DNA from: Candidatus Bathyarchaeia archaeon
GTDB taxonomy: Archaea > Thermoproteota > Bathyarchaeia > 40CM-2-53-6
NCBI GenBank assembly: GCA_050013255.1
Contig: JBEKFP010000001.1
Coordinates: 896,001-960,000, forward strand
Direction: 5' to 3'
DNA: 64,000 nt
Positions 20,396-29,691 of the stretch are shown here, piece after piece. The position numbers were made by a program, and so were the translations under genes. The notes under the pieces are model-generated. The model ran no database searches, was not told the DNA's origin, and saw only the letters and a list, made by a program, of their open reading frames with translations. Each line of letters starts with the position of its first letter. Positions within the stretch are counted from its first letter, which is position 1.

Positions 20396-21036
20396 CGGAC
20401 TTCACGAATCGCTTCTATCGCCTCTTTAGCTACGAAACCCAAGATGACAAATGTAGCCCCGTAATCAACCCATGGAACCTTCCAAACGAAATTGATTGCA
20501 AGACCGGCGAGCAAGGCTGCAGACATCCAGAAGCAAGTAGCCGACTCCGCAGCATCAATCTTCAGCGGCACACAATTCGAGGCAATGCCGATGCGTCTTT
20601 TCTCATACCACAGAACCGGCATGATCACAACTGCCGCTGCAGCAACACTCATACCAAGCAGTGACGATTCAGGTTTGATGCCTCGCAGGAATGAATAAAC
20701 CGCTGCGAGCCCAATAACCGGTATCAGCGAAGCCAAAAGTAGTGCTGTGGCCCATTCGGCTCGCTTACTCTCTCTGTGAGCACTAGAGTTTAACAATTTA
20801 CTCCTCAAATGTTGCACCACAGCAAACGATGACAGTAATTCAACCAGGCTGTCGCCGCCGAACGCAAGAAGCGCAAGGCTCCAAGCCGCTATGCCTGAAT
20901 AAATCGCGGCCACGCATTCAACTGTCATCCAAGCAACGCTAGCATACTCTACCCACAATCCCCGTTCTATACGTCTCGAGCCTCGCAACACCATTCTTAC
21001 TCTCTCCGTTGCAGGTGCCGCCTTCGTAGACGTCAT
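20068..21036 (-). CDS. Cation-efflux (CDF-like) membrane protein with a C-terminal extension overlapping the FKBP gene
   Basis: SLALLAFGGDSLVE, K..IG, DAAESATC, W.DY motifs; membrane domain ends near 20400. Confidence 0.75.
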   Translation of the reverse strand: MTSTKAAPATERVRMVLRGSRRIERGLWVEYASVAWMTVECVAAIYSGIAAWSLALLAFGGDSLVELLSSFAVVQHLRSKLLNSSAHRESKRAEWATALLLASLIPVIGLAAVYSFLRGIKPESSLLGMSVAAAAVVIMPVLWYEKRRIGIASNCVPLKIDAAESATCFWMSAALLAGLAINFVWKVPWVDYGATFVILGFVAKEAIEAIREVRYGEAAAGAAGGAFASGVTVGAAGAGFLKTSRKATVSIFGRYFSISAVTVRFSTCKPSRKNASSGISTSSFPCSSLTLNFSGPTDGIRLCMRFRTLSSSISTIFSIVRS

Positions 21037-21076
21037 AGATCGGAGAATGTCAGTCAGCCAAGGCGAAGTATGCCTA

Positions 21077-21268
21077 CTATCTGATTCTTCTGTACCTGTT
21101 CAACGTGTGGGTCTGCCACGAGTAGCCGCGGAGTTTCCTACTGGCACCAAAACCGCAAGCGGAGCAACGTTTCCATCTAATGTGGTAGGAGTGTCTGCCG
21201 CAGCGGCGGCATCGGATATGGGTCTTTGCGCGCCCTCGCCTGCCGAATGATGCTGTGCCCTTAGTCAA
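21077..21268 (-). CDS. rpl37e: 50S ribosomal protein L37e
   Basis: MTKGTASFG..KTHIRCRRCG..CSACGFG. Confidence 0.97.
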   Translation of the reverse strand: MTKGTASFGRRGRAKTHIRCRRCGRHSYHIRWKRCSACGFGASRKLRGYSWQTHTLNRYRRIR

Positions 21269-21300
21269 ATCTATTCAGCCCGCGAGAATTTGCTAAAAGT

Positions 21301-21531
21301 CTACCTCTTAGGAGGGGGCGAAACCAGAACCACATTGTCGCCCCTAACAATAATCGTGCCTATGTTTCGCGTGTTTTCTGGGTTGGATACATCTTCTGCG
21401 TCTTCTAATACTAGGTTCATGTGTTGGTCGTAGCTGTAGAGTTTTCCACGTATTGTACGGCTTCCCTTCAGTTCCACGAGAACGATTTTGCTAAGGCTCT
21501 CTTGGAAGATCTTGTCAGCAACTGCAGACAT
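21301..21531 (-). CDS. Sm/LSm archaeal protein
   Basis: Sm1 YDQHMNLVLEDAE and Sm2 IIVRGDNV; conserved adjacency to rpl37e. Confidence 0.96.
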   Translation of the reverse strand: MSAVADKIFQESLSKIVLVELKGSRTIRGKLYSYDQHMNLVLEDAEDVSNPENTRNIGTIIVRGDNVVLVSPPPKR

Positions 21532-21729
21532 TGTTTTTCTTCGTCTTCTGTTCTAGCTTATGGACGTGAGTTCCCCGTTAAGGAGGAAGCCCCAAATTAA
21601 ACGTTAGGTCTACATAAACCATAGCTCCGGATCGCGTCGGTTTTCAATCGAAACACAGAACCTCCAACCCTTTGAGGAAATTGCAGGGTGTTAAGTATGA
21701 AGAACGGCCCCTAGATAGTTGACGTACAT

Positions 21730-22224
21730 TTGCCAGCAAAAAAGTATCTCAAGGAGAAGGAAGCAAAACAGCTCCTCAGGGAATTCATACAACGCTATCC
21801 AACTTCTGAAGCGTTTCTTCGTTCGGTCAACGTGTTTGAGGAGCTACCTGTGGACGAGAGATGGGTCTTCTTCTTGGATGGAAGGCCACTAATTTTGCGC
21901 ACGAAATCTGGTTTACTTCCATCTCTAAAGTTTGATGAAGTCATCAACTCTTTGCCCAAGATTGTTGTCGATATGGGTGCCGTGGCGCATTTGGCGAACG
22001 GCGCGCATGTCATGAGGCCAGGAATTAGAGAGATTCGAAATGATTTCGCGAAGGGGGAGTTGCTATTGATAGTTGACGAAAAGTTCGGGAAGAGCATCGC
22101 CTTGGGGTTTGCTGATGCGGATTCAACGGTGATGAAATCGGCGAATAAGGGCAAAGTGGTCATGAACGTGCATTACGTCGGGGATGAGCTCTGGAAATCA
22201 TTCACAGCCAGCAATGCAAGTTAA
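21730..22224 (+). CDS. PUA-domain RNA-binding protein (MCT-1/Tma20-like)
   Basis: VVDMGAV..LANGAHVMRPGI, HYVGDELW. Confidence 0.88.
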   Translation: MPAKKYLKEKEAKQLLREFIQRYPTSEAFLRSVNVFEELPVDERWVFFLDGRPLILRTKSGLLPSLKFDEVINSLPKIVVDMGAVAHLANGAHVMRPGIREIRNDFAKGELLLIVDEKFGKSIALGFADADSTVMKSANKGKVVMNVHYVGDELWKSFTASNAS

Positions 22225-22376
22225 TTGAACGTTAGGCTTGTTCCAATGGAAATGGCGCCACTTCGGTTCTCCACGCAGATCCATTCTTCTGGGCGGGTGA
22301 GTGACAAACTACGCACACTTCTCTAAGGTGGGTGCGTGTGGTCTTTACATAGGCGTGTTAGACTGCCCTCTCTTAG

Positions 22377-22802
22377 GTGCAAATGTTTAAAGTGCCATCA
22401 ATCGAGACAACTCAGCCAACCTCGAGTTGCCCTCAATTGATCGGTTCAGACGATGAAAGAGATGAGAGGTTCCCATTGGTGAATCCATCCATTCAACACC
22501 CAATCTACGTCAAAGCGTACCCGCTTCGAGATCCCATGGACGTCCCCAGAATTAAGGCTGAGATTATCGAAGGCAATATCCTAATCGTCAAGATAACTCC
22601 CATCGCGAAACGAAGTGTCGAAGAGACAAAATCGGCAATAGGCGAACTCGTCGAGTTTGTTAAATCAATTCAGGGCGATATTGCAAGGCTCGGGGAAGAA
22701 AGGATCGTCATGACTCCACCAACCGTGAAAGTATGGCGGGGAAGGGAGAATTCTCGCCTCGAAGTTGCCACGGCTGGAGCGACCGCGAACAACGAAACGT
22801 AG
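22377..22802 (+). CDS. sepF: Archaeal cell division protein SepF
   Basis: EGNILIVKITP...GDIARLGEERIVMTPPTVKV. Confidence 0.8.
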   Translation: MQMFKVPSIETTQPTSSCPQLIGSDDERDERFPLVNPSIQHPIYVKAYPLRDPMDVPRIKAEIIEGNILIVKITPIAKRSVEETKSAIGELVEFVKSIQGDIARLGEERIVMTPPTVKVWRGRENSRLEVATAGATANNET

Positions 22803-22864
22803 CCAACTCTAACTCTTTAGCAAGATAGCCCTATCGGGCTGGGCTGCCACGATTTATACTAAGT

Positions 22865-24796
22865 TCATCTTAACCTGAGTTTCTCGAGGTTATCCGGCGC
22901 GGTTGTTCTCATCTTCAGAATCCTTGAGATTTGGTGCGCGAACAGGTCGGTCTTGCGCCGCTCACCATGCCCAAGTATGACTCGTGACGGCCTCGGCGAG
23001 ACTCGTTTGAGGAAGGCGAAAAGCTGGTTTCTATCAGAGTGTCCTGAGAAGCCTTCTACGCTCTCAACATGCAAGTTCACCTTCAAAGCCTCAACCTTTC
23101 CGTTCCTACCCATCAAGGAAACCTCGCGGGCACCATTTTTGAGCCTGTTTCCCAGTGTGCCTTCAACCTGGTAGCTCACGAAGATCAATGAGTTTTTCTC
23201 ATCCGAAGCGAGGTAACGGAAGTAGTCGATCGCAGGACCACCTTCCATCATACCCGAAGTTGCGAGAATAATACACGGTGGCCCGGCCGCTATCTTCTCC
23301 CGCTCGGAGGGATGGTCGACGTTCGTGAAGTAATCTGACTGGAAAGGGTTAATGTCTTTGTAGAGAATTTGTTCCCTAAGGTCGCGTGCTAAGTATTCGG
23401 GGTAGGCGGTGTGGATGGCTGTCGCTTCAGATATCATGCCTTCTATGAAGATTGGGAGTTCTTTGATTTGCTTATTCTTCATGTAAGCGTTCAGAACAAG
23501 CATGATTTCTTGAGCACGCCCCACAGCCAGAGTCGGGATAAGTATCTTACCGCCCCTCTCCGCCGTCTCGTTGACAATCCTAGCTAGCTTACCCTCTACT
23601 GTTTCCCGATCGGACATGACGTCGTCCGGACCGCCGTACGTGCTTTCCATGATTAGGGTCTCAGCGCGTGGAAACGAGCAGACAGCTGGCTCCAGAAGCA
23701 TCGTTCGGCCGAATTTGAAATCGCCAGTGAATATGACGTTTGTAAGCCCTTCTCCGATGTGGAGGTGAACGATCGAGCTTCCAATGATGTGGCCTGCATT
23801 GTGGAGGGTAAGTTTGATATCGGGTGCTACATCCGTGACCACACCGTACTTTACGGGTATGGTGTGCATAACGACTTCGCGCACATCCTTCTGGTCGTAG
23901 GGCGGATGTCCGCCTTCCTTGCCGAAAATATCCAAATAATCAAGTTGCAGGAGCGTCATCAGCACCGCTGTTGGTTCAGAGCAGTAGACTGGGCCGTCAT
24001 ACCCATATTTGTAGAGGAACGGAACGAACCCACAATGATCTAGGTGTGCGTGGGAGATTATTACGGCATCTAATTTGTCAATGTCAAATTCATCGCTGTC
24101 GATTCGGGGGAATGCGTAGATGGGCCGGTCCGCCCCTGCGCTTATGCCGCAGTCCATTAGCACACAGCTTTCCTCGGTTTCCACGAGCATCGCAGACCTT
24201 CCAACCTCATGGAACCCGCCGAGCGGCGTTAGGTAAACACTCGAGGTCTTTTGGAGCCTTGTGCGAAAAATGCGTTCGCCAACGTCGCGGAAGATTCTGC
24301 TTCTCTCTTCGCTTTCGGAATGCAGAATATGCCTAGAACTCGCGATTATCTTCGATGGGAGTGGAGGTGCCCGCAAAACTCGGGGTCGCCAGCTAGTTTT
24401 CTTAATGATCTCTTGAAGGGTAACCCCATCCTTGCCTATCGCCAAGCCAGGTTTCTTAGCCTCAATAACCACCTCGCCCAAGCTTGGGTCGAAGTTTATC
24501 TCCGTTATCTCAGCTTCTGCGGGTATAATGCCCTTGATCAAACGATCAGATTCCTTCTCAATAAGCCGGATTGAAGGGTCGGATCGTATGACAACGCGCT
24601 TGTGTAGTAAGTTGACGATGTCGGTGACCACGTGACTCTGTTCTAGCAGAAGTCCGACGTTCTTGACGTAGATTGCGAGGCGTGGCCCTTCAAATTCGAT
24701 TCGGGTTATCTCAGCCTCCTTCGGCATGTGGGTGACAATGGTTTCACGTATCCTTGCCTGCGAATCGTCCACTAGTCTCGCCACTGAGGAAACCAC
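22865..24796 (-). CDS. fttA: aCPSF1/FttA beta-CASP ribonuclease with KH domains
   Basis: IEFEGP, KH domains, HAHLDH, GHIIGS, MESTYG, GFSGHSD. Confidence 0.96.
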   Translation of the reverse strand: MVSSVARLVDDSQARIRETIVTHMPKEAEITRIEFEGPRLAIYVKNVGLLLEQSHVVTDIVNLLHKRVVIRSDPSIRLIEKESDRLIKGIIPAEAEITEINFDPSLGEVVIEAKKPGLAIGKDGVTLQEIIKKTSWRPRVLRAPPLPSKIIASSRHILHSESEERSRIFRDVGERIFRTRLQKTSSVYLTPLGGFHEVGRSAMLVETEESCVLMDCGISAGADRPIYAFPRIDSDEFDIDKLDAVIISHAHLDHCGFVPFLYKYGYDGPVYCSEPTAVLMTLLQLDYLDIFGKEGGHPPYDQKDVREVVMHTIPVKYGVVTDVAPDIKLTLHNAGHIIGSSIVHLHIGEGLTNVIFTGDFKFGRTMLLEPAVCSFPRAETLIMESTYGGPDDVMSDRETVEGKLARIVNETAERGGKILIPTLAVGRAQEIMLVLNAYMKNKQIKELPIFIEGMISEATAIHTAYPEYLARDLREQILYKDINPFQSDYFTNVDHPSEREKIAAGPPCIILATSGMMEGGPAIDYFRYLASDEKNSLIFVSYQVEGTLGNRLKNGAREVSLMGRNGKVEALKVNLHVESVEGFSGHSDRNQLFAFLKRVSPRPSRVILGHGERRKTDLFAHQISRILKMRTTAPDNLEKLRLR

Positions 24797-24843
24797 CCTA
24801 AACTCGAATAATCAGGAATTATCTAGGTTCAGAATTAGCTGGG

Positions 24844-25485
24844 CTAAGTGAGGATTCCTTTCTTCTCTTGTTCGCTCAGTTCCTTGTAACCATCCTTTGA
24901 GATTACAGCAACATCGAAGCTATCTCCGCTTGCCGAGTCGCGCTTCATAGCTTCATTGACTGCGCGAACTACTAGCGGTATAGCTTCCTTAACCGACATG
25001 CCTTCCCTGTAACCAGGTTCGAGAACTCCGTAGGCAACTGGTGAGCCAGAGCCAGTTGAGACGTATTTCTCTTCGGTAACACTCCCAAGTGGGTCGAGGG
25101 CAAAAATGTGCCCGCCTTGGTCATCCACGCCTCCAATAATAGATTGCAGAATGAAGGGATAGTACCTAGATTGGAAGAGAATATTCGCAGCCAAACGTGC
25201 AACAGCACTAATCGGTATGGGCAGACCCTTCTCGTATTTGTAGAGTTTAGAGTTCGCGCGCAGCATCTCAACCACCGTTTGCGCGTCGGCAACGCCTCCG
25301 GCGATCGTCATGGCTACGTGCTCGTCGATTGGGTAGACTTTTTTCGCCCGTTTATGCGCCACGAAGGTGCCCAGTGTGGCGCGGGTATCGGTTCCGAGTA
25401 CGATGCCGTCTTTGCAGACTACGCCCATAGTAGTCGTGCCGGTCATCACGTACTTCGGCATGTTGTTTTTCTCTTGGTGGTACAT
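24844..25485 (-). CDS. psmB: Proteasome subunit beta
   Basis: Short propeptide then G|TTT catalytic Thr; GSGS, RD..SG; ATG at 25485 or 25461 is more likely than 25647. Confidence 0.95.
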   Translation of the reverse strand: MYHQEKNNMPKYVMTGTTTMGVVCKDGIVLGTDTRATLGTFVAHKRAKKVYPIDEHVAMTIAGGVADAQTVVEMLRANSKLYKYEKGLPIPISAVARLAANILFQSRYYPFILQSIIGGVDDQGGHIFALDPLGSVTEEKYVSTGSGSPVAYGVLEPGYREGMSVKEAIPLVVRAVNEAMKRDSASGDSFDVAVISKDGYKELSEQEKKGILT

Positions 25486-25704
25486 AGTTTGTTTTCCTCC
25501 GAGAACATTTTTCGGAGCATAACGCAATCGCGCTGAAGAACGTTCGAGCGCGGTCGAATAGACCCAAGCACGAGAACTTAAAAACGTTTCCCGAAACTTT
25601 CGCGTGGATTCAACGTTCGCTCGAAAGTTGGTCAATAAATAGGGCAACTTAAAGCCGCAGCACAGAATGTTCCCTAAATTCGTTTAGATGCCTTCCTCGT
25701 TGGA

Positions 25705-26142
25705 ATGGAAATGGAAAACGCCTACCAGCTGGAAAACAAGATGATGGAAGAAGCGTACGAAGAACTGGCGTCACGCGGCGAGCTTTCGATCCGACTGAAG
25801 GAGAGACTTGAGAAGACCTTTGGTGAGCGTTTCACCAACGGTTGGAAACTTGCGAATTCACGGAGTGTTCGTCGGTACGAGTTTAAACCCAGCAGCAGAG
25901 TGGTTTGGGTTGTTCAAGGCCGGAAGAGCGAGTACCAAGTCATGCCCGACATACCGTTCTGCTATTGTGATGATTACTACTTTCGAGTGATGGACAAGAA
26001 GCGAGGTCTCTGCTACCACATAATAGCCCAACACATAGCAGAAGCCCTTAACAAATTTGAGAAAATATCGAAGCGTGACTCGCAATACTCGAGCATAACA
26101 GATCGCTGGAGGGCCAAGGAATTAGCTGAAAGTTCAGAATAA
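25705..26142 (+). CDS. SWIM zinc finger protein
   Basis: CYCDDY...CYH. Confidence 0.8.
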   Translation: MEMENAYQLENKMMEEAYEELASRGELSIRLKERLEKTFGERFTNGWKLANSRSVRRYEFKPSSRVVWVVQGRKSEYQVMPDIPFCYCDDYYFRVMDKKRGLCYHIIAQHIAEALNKFEKISKRDSQYSSITDRWRAKELAESSE

Positions 26143-26194
26143 GCAGTGTTTAAATGGGGACTAGCTTTCTACGGGGAATGCGAGTGTTAGGAAA

Positions 26195-26305
26195 TTGACA
26201 ACGGACGAATTCTGGGGCCTCTTCCAGATCGGAATCGTTTTTGTGGCTTTCCTAGCAGTTATTCTAATCTTTGTTTACCTCGCATACGAGAAACCATCTG
26301 CCTGA
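26195..26305 (+). CDS. Unannotated 36-aa single-TM protein
   Basis: TTG start; MTTDEFWGLFQIGIVFVAFLAVILIFVYLAYEKPSA; TTTAAA about 45 nt upstream. Confidence 0.55.
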   Translation: MTTDEFWGLFQIGIVFVAFLAVILIFVYLAYEKPSA

Positions 26306-26407
26306 TGAAAGGGATACGTGCCGCCGGCCGGAAAATCAATCTTCAAAGAGAAGGTCGGACGGTGGCAGAGCCACGCCTTACAAGTTAATTGGATCGAGGA
26401 TTAGACT

Positions 26408-29260
26408 TTGCTTGAGAACACATTTGCGCAGTTGCACAGGCCCATCCGGGCCCACTTGGAAAAGGTGGGTTTAGAGGAACCTAGCGACATTCAAAGAATC
26501 GCGATCCCGTCAATCCTCAGGGGAGAGAACGTCCTCGTAATCGCCCCTACGGGAACTGGGAAAACGCTGGCATGCATTCTTCCCATTTTCAACATGTTCT
26601 TGGAGCGCAGGTCAGCTGGGGAGACGAAGGGTATCTCAATCCTGTACGTGACTCCGCTTAGGGCGCTGAATCGGGATATTGTGCGGAGACTTACAGATGT
26701 GGGAAAGGAACTTGACATCAAGGTCCAAGTGAGGCATGGGGACACGCCAATTAGCGCAAGGACAAGGCAAGCCAAATCGCCTCCCGAGATGCTGGTCACA
26801 ACGCCAGAAACTCTCCAAGCGATACTGCCGGGAAAGAGGATGCGTGAGCACCTGAAAGGCGTCAGGTGGGTCGTTGTTGACGAGATTCACGAGCTTGCAA
26901 CAGACAAGCGCGGCGTCCAACTCTCAGTGGCTTTGGAACGGCTAGAGCACTTAACCGGCAGGGCCTTTCAAAGGATCGGATTGTCAGCTACAGTGGGTGA
27001 GGAGAAGAAAGTCGGAAAGTTCCTGTCCGGAACTGCTCGTAATGTGACTGTTGCCAAGTCGGAAGAGCTTAGGCAGATTCAGATCGATGTCGAATACGTA
27101 CCACCCACACCCGCAGACATGAAGGATTCTGACAAGTTCGGTTTACCGCCCACAACAATAGCGAGGGCGAAGAAAGTGGCTGAAGTCATATCGGGAAAGC
27201 AGTCGACGCTCGTTTTCACAAATACTCGTGAACAGGCCGAAGCGGTTGGGTCACAGCTTCACGCCCTCAAGCCTGAGCTACAAGTGCGAGTACATCACGG
27301 TTCCCTCTCCCGGGAGATCAGGGAGGAGGTTGAGCAGGGATTCCAAAGCGGCTCAGTGAAAGGCGTGATTTGCACTTCATCACTCGAGCTTGGGATGGAT
27401 ATTGGTAGAGTAGATTACATTGTTCAATACATGTCGCCTAGAATGTCCACACGCCTCATTCAGAGAATAGGGCGAAGTGGCCACACGTTGCGAGGGCTAG
27501 CCAAGGGAACGGTAATTGGTGCGTGGGCAGATGATCTATTGGAAGCCGCTGTGCTCGCTGCCAATGCGAGGGCCGGGACGATCGAGCGAACGGTGATACA
27601 CGACAAGGCATTGGACGTTCTGGCCCATCAAATTGTTGGCATAACCCTAGATCTGAAGAGGGCTAAGCTCAGCGAACTGTACGAGATTGTTCACGGCTCC
27701 TACCCATACCGGGACATTACAGGAGAGGAATTGCATGGGCTCGTCAAATTCTTGGATTCAGTGGGAATGATTAGGCTTGTGGACGATGTAATTTCCGCTC
27801 GTTTTTCGCGAACCTTCAGATACTACTACGAGAACCTTTCCGTAATACCCGATGTGAAACGTTTCGACGTGTTCGACTTTTTCCGGAAACGCAGGATTGG
27901 AACGCTAGATCAAGATTTCGTGGCCAGGAAGTGCAAAGGGGGTACAGTTTTCATTATACATGGCCAAACATGGAAGATAATCAATGTTAACGAAGAGAAG
28001 CACTCAATCGAAGTGGAACCAACAGCACCAACTTTGGACGCTATCCCCAGTTGGGAAGGGGAAATTATTCCGGTTAGTTTCGAAACCGCACAACAGGTCG
28101 GCAAACTAAGGGCAGACATGGCCTCGAAGTTTGAGGATCAGGCGGGGCTTAGGGCGATTCAGGCGCAACTACAGCTCTCGGATAACGCGGTCAACAAGAT
28201 CACTGAAACTCTGCGGGCACAGTTGAAGAATTTTCCCTTGCCCACAGACAGACACATCATATTGGAAAAGTTCGAGAACTGCATAATCATTCATGCTTGC
28301 TTCGGGAGTACCGTCAACGATACCCTCGCAATGATCCTTGCTACAATGCTCAGTGCCAAGTATAGTGTAAACGTGGCAACCCAAACGGACCCGTACCGAA
28401 TAGCCTTGATCTGCCCATTCAAGATTGAACCAGAAACCGTTGCGTTAGAGCTCTCAAAGTTCACTCCGGATGATGTCGAGAAGGTTTTGGTCGAATCCCT
28501 TCAAACCTCGGATCTTTTCGCGTGGAAGCATTGGCACGTGGCTCGGCGGTTCGGCATCATTGAGAGGAAAGCAGACTACAAATCCATCCGTTCCCGAATG
28601 CTCGTTCGCGCAATGAAAGACACGCCGGTGAACGTGGAGACTCAAAGGGAGGTTCTTCTCGAAAAGTTCGACTTGGCAACGACGAAGGACATAATCGCGA
28701 AGCTGCACGCCCGAGAGATAACCATCGATGTCACCTCAGAGAGGGCCGAATCATGTTCGCCTTTCGCGATCCCAATAGTCGACAAAATTATCCCACACGA
28801 CCTGCTTAGGCCTGCCGTCCCGTCGAAGTCATTGACGGATATCGTAAGGGAGCGGTTGCTCGCCGAAACAGTTCGCCTCATCTGCATTTTCAATGGGGAC
28901 TGGGACGCGGTTCGTGTTGTGGGTGAACTGCGTGAGAAGATACGTTGTCCAAAATGCGGCTCCACGCTAATTGCGGCCACATACATGGGCAATGATGCAT
29001 TGCTACATATTGTTAAGAAGAAAAAGAAGGGCGCGAAGCTATCAGCCGAGGAAGAACATAATTGGCGTCAGGCCTGGCTGAGCGCCAGCCTCGTACAGAC
29101 AAAGGGAAAGGAAGCCGTCGTGGTTCTAAGTGGGCGAGGCGTAGGCCCCGTGACCGCAACCCGGATCCTAAGAAGACTGCACAGAACAACGGAAGACATG
29201 TACGTCGATATCCTCAAGGCTGAACGCGAATACGCAAGAACACGCCTCTTCTGGGATTAA
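26408..29260 (+). CDS. lhr: Lhr-family SF2 helicase
   Basis: APTGTGKT, RHGDT, TTPETL, DEIH, GLSAT, HHGSL, QRIGRSGH; C-terminal CPKC. Confidence 0.93.
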   Translation: MLENTFAQLHRPIRAHLEKVGLEEPSDIQRIAIPSILRGENVLVIAPTGTGKTLACILPIFNMFLERRSAGETKGISILYVTPLRALNRDIVRRLTDVGKELDIKVQVRHGDTPISARTRQAKSPPEMLVTTPETLQAILPGKRMREHLKGVRWVVVDEIHELATDKRGVQLSVALERLEHLTGRAFQRIGLSATVGEEKKVGKFLSGTARNVTVAKSEELRQIQIDVEYVPPTPADMKDSDKFGLPPTTIARAKKVAEVISGKQSTLVFTNTREQAEAVGSQLHALKPELQVRVHHGSLSREIREEVEQGFQSGSVKGVICTSSLELGMDIGRVDYIVQYMSPRMSTRLIQRIGRSGHTLRGLAKGTVIGAWADDLLEAAVLAANARAGTIERTVIHDKALDVLAHQIVGITLDLKRAKLSELYEIVHGSYPYRDITGEELHGLVKFLDSVGMIRLVDDVISARFSRTFRYYYENLSVIPDVKRFDVFDFFRKRRIGTLDQDFVARKCKGGTVFIIHGQTWKIINVNEEKHSIEVEPTAPTLDAIPSWEGEIIPVSFETAQQVGKLRADMASKFEDQAGLRAIQAQLQLSDNAVNKITETLRAQLKNFPLPTDRHIILEKFENCIIIHACFGSTVNDTLAMILATMLSAKYSVNVATQTDPYRIALICPFKIEPETVALELSKFTPDDVEKVLVESLQTSDLFAWKHWHVARRFGIIERKADYKSIRSRMLVRAMKDTPVNVETQREVLLEKFDLATTKDIIAKLHAREITIDVTSERAESCSPFAIPIVDKIIPHDLLRPAVPSKSLTDIVRERLLAETVRLICIFNGDWDAVRVVGELREKIRCPKCGSTLIAATYMGNDALLHIVKKKKKGAKLSAEEEHNWRQAWLSASLVQTKGKEAVVVLSGRGVGPVTATRILRRLHRTTEDMYVDILKAEREYARTRLFWD

Positions 29261-29475
29261 GCGAACCAGACACACCGCCATACCTTATCGATACTGCTAG
29301 TCATCATCCCAGCGTGCACAGTTTTTGGGGGGAGACGATCTCCTGGGTGTTATCCGGTCGCTTCAACGAGAGTTGAAATGCATCTTTTCCACTGAGTGGA
29401 ATTACGATGTAGGTTTACCACATCTTCCACGCACACATATGACGCTCAATACGGAACATTTGGCTGAGGCTTTGG

Positions 29476-29667
29476 ATGTTGGTAAACGAGAAAACCCGAC
29501 ACGGCGGAACTACACTTTTCGTCTGCGAGTTCTGCGGTTCCGGCTACAGGGACATTAGCTTGGCAGAAGATTGTGAACAACATTGCGGGACTCTTGGATT
29601 CGCTTCAGCGGAGATAAGGCGGAAAGCCGTTTACGTGCCCAAGATAGAGATTATGCCCCTACTTTGA
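29476..29667 (+). CDS. Small zinc-finger protein
   Basis: CEFCG...CEQHC. Confidence 0.65.
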   Translation: MLVNEKTRHGGTTLFVCEFCGSGYRDISLAEDCEQHCGTLGFASAEIRRKAVYVPKIEIMPLL

Positions 29668-29691
29668 AAGACCGTTCTAAATTCGCGATAC

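Noticed and set aside
22308-22342. Hairpin ACGCAC...GTGCGT upstream of sepF
   Set aside because: It is short and imperfect, and I cannot distinguish it from chance.
25486-25647. Long N-terminal extension of proteasome beta; similar extensions on RPA, TrpB2 and TopIB
   Set aside because: These are artefacts of longest-ORF calling; family similarity begins at downstream starts.
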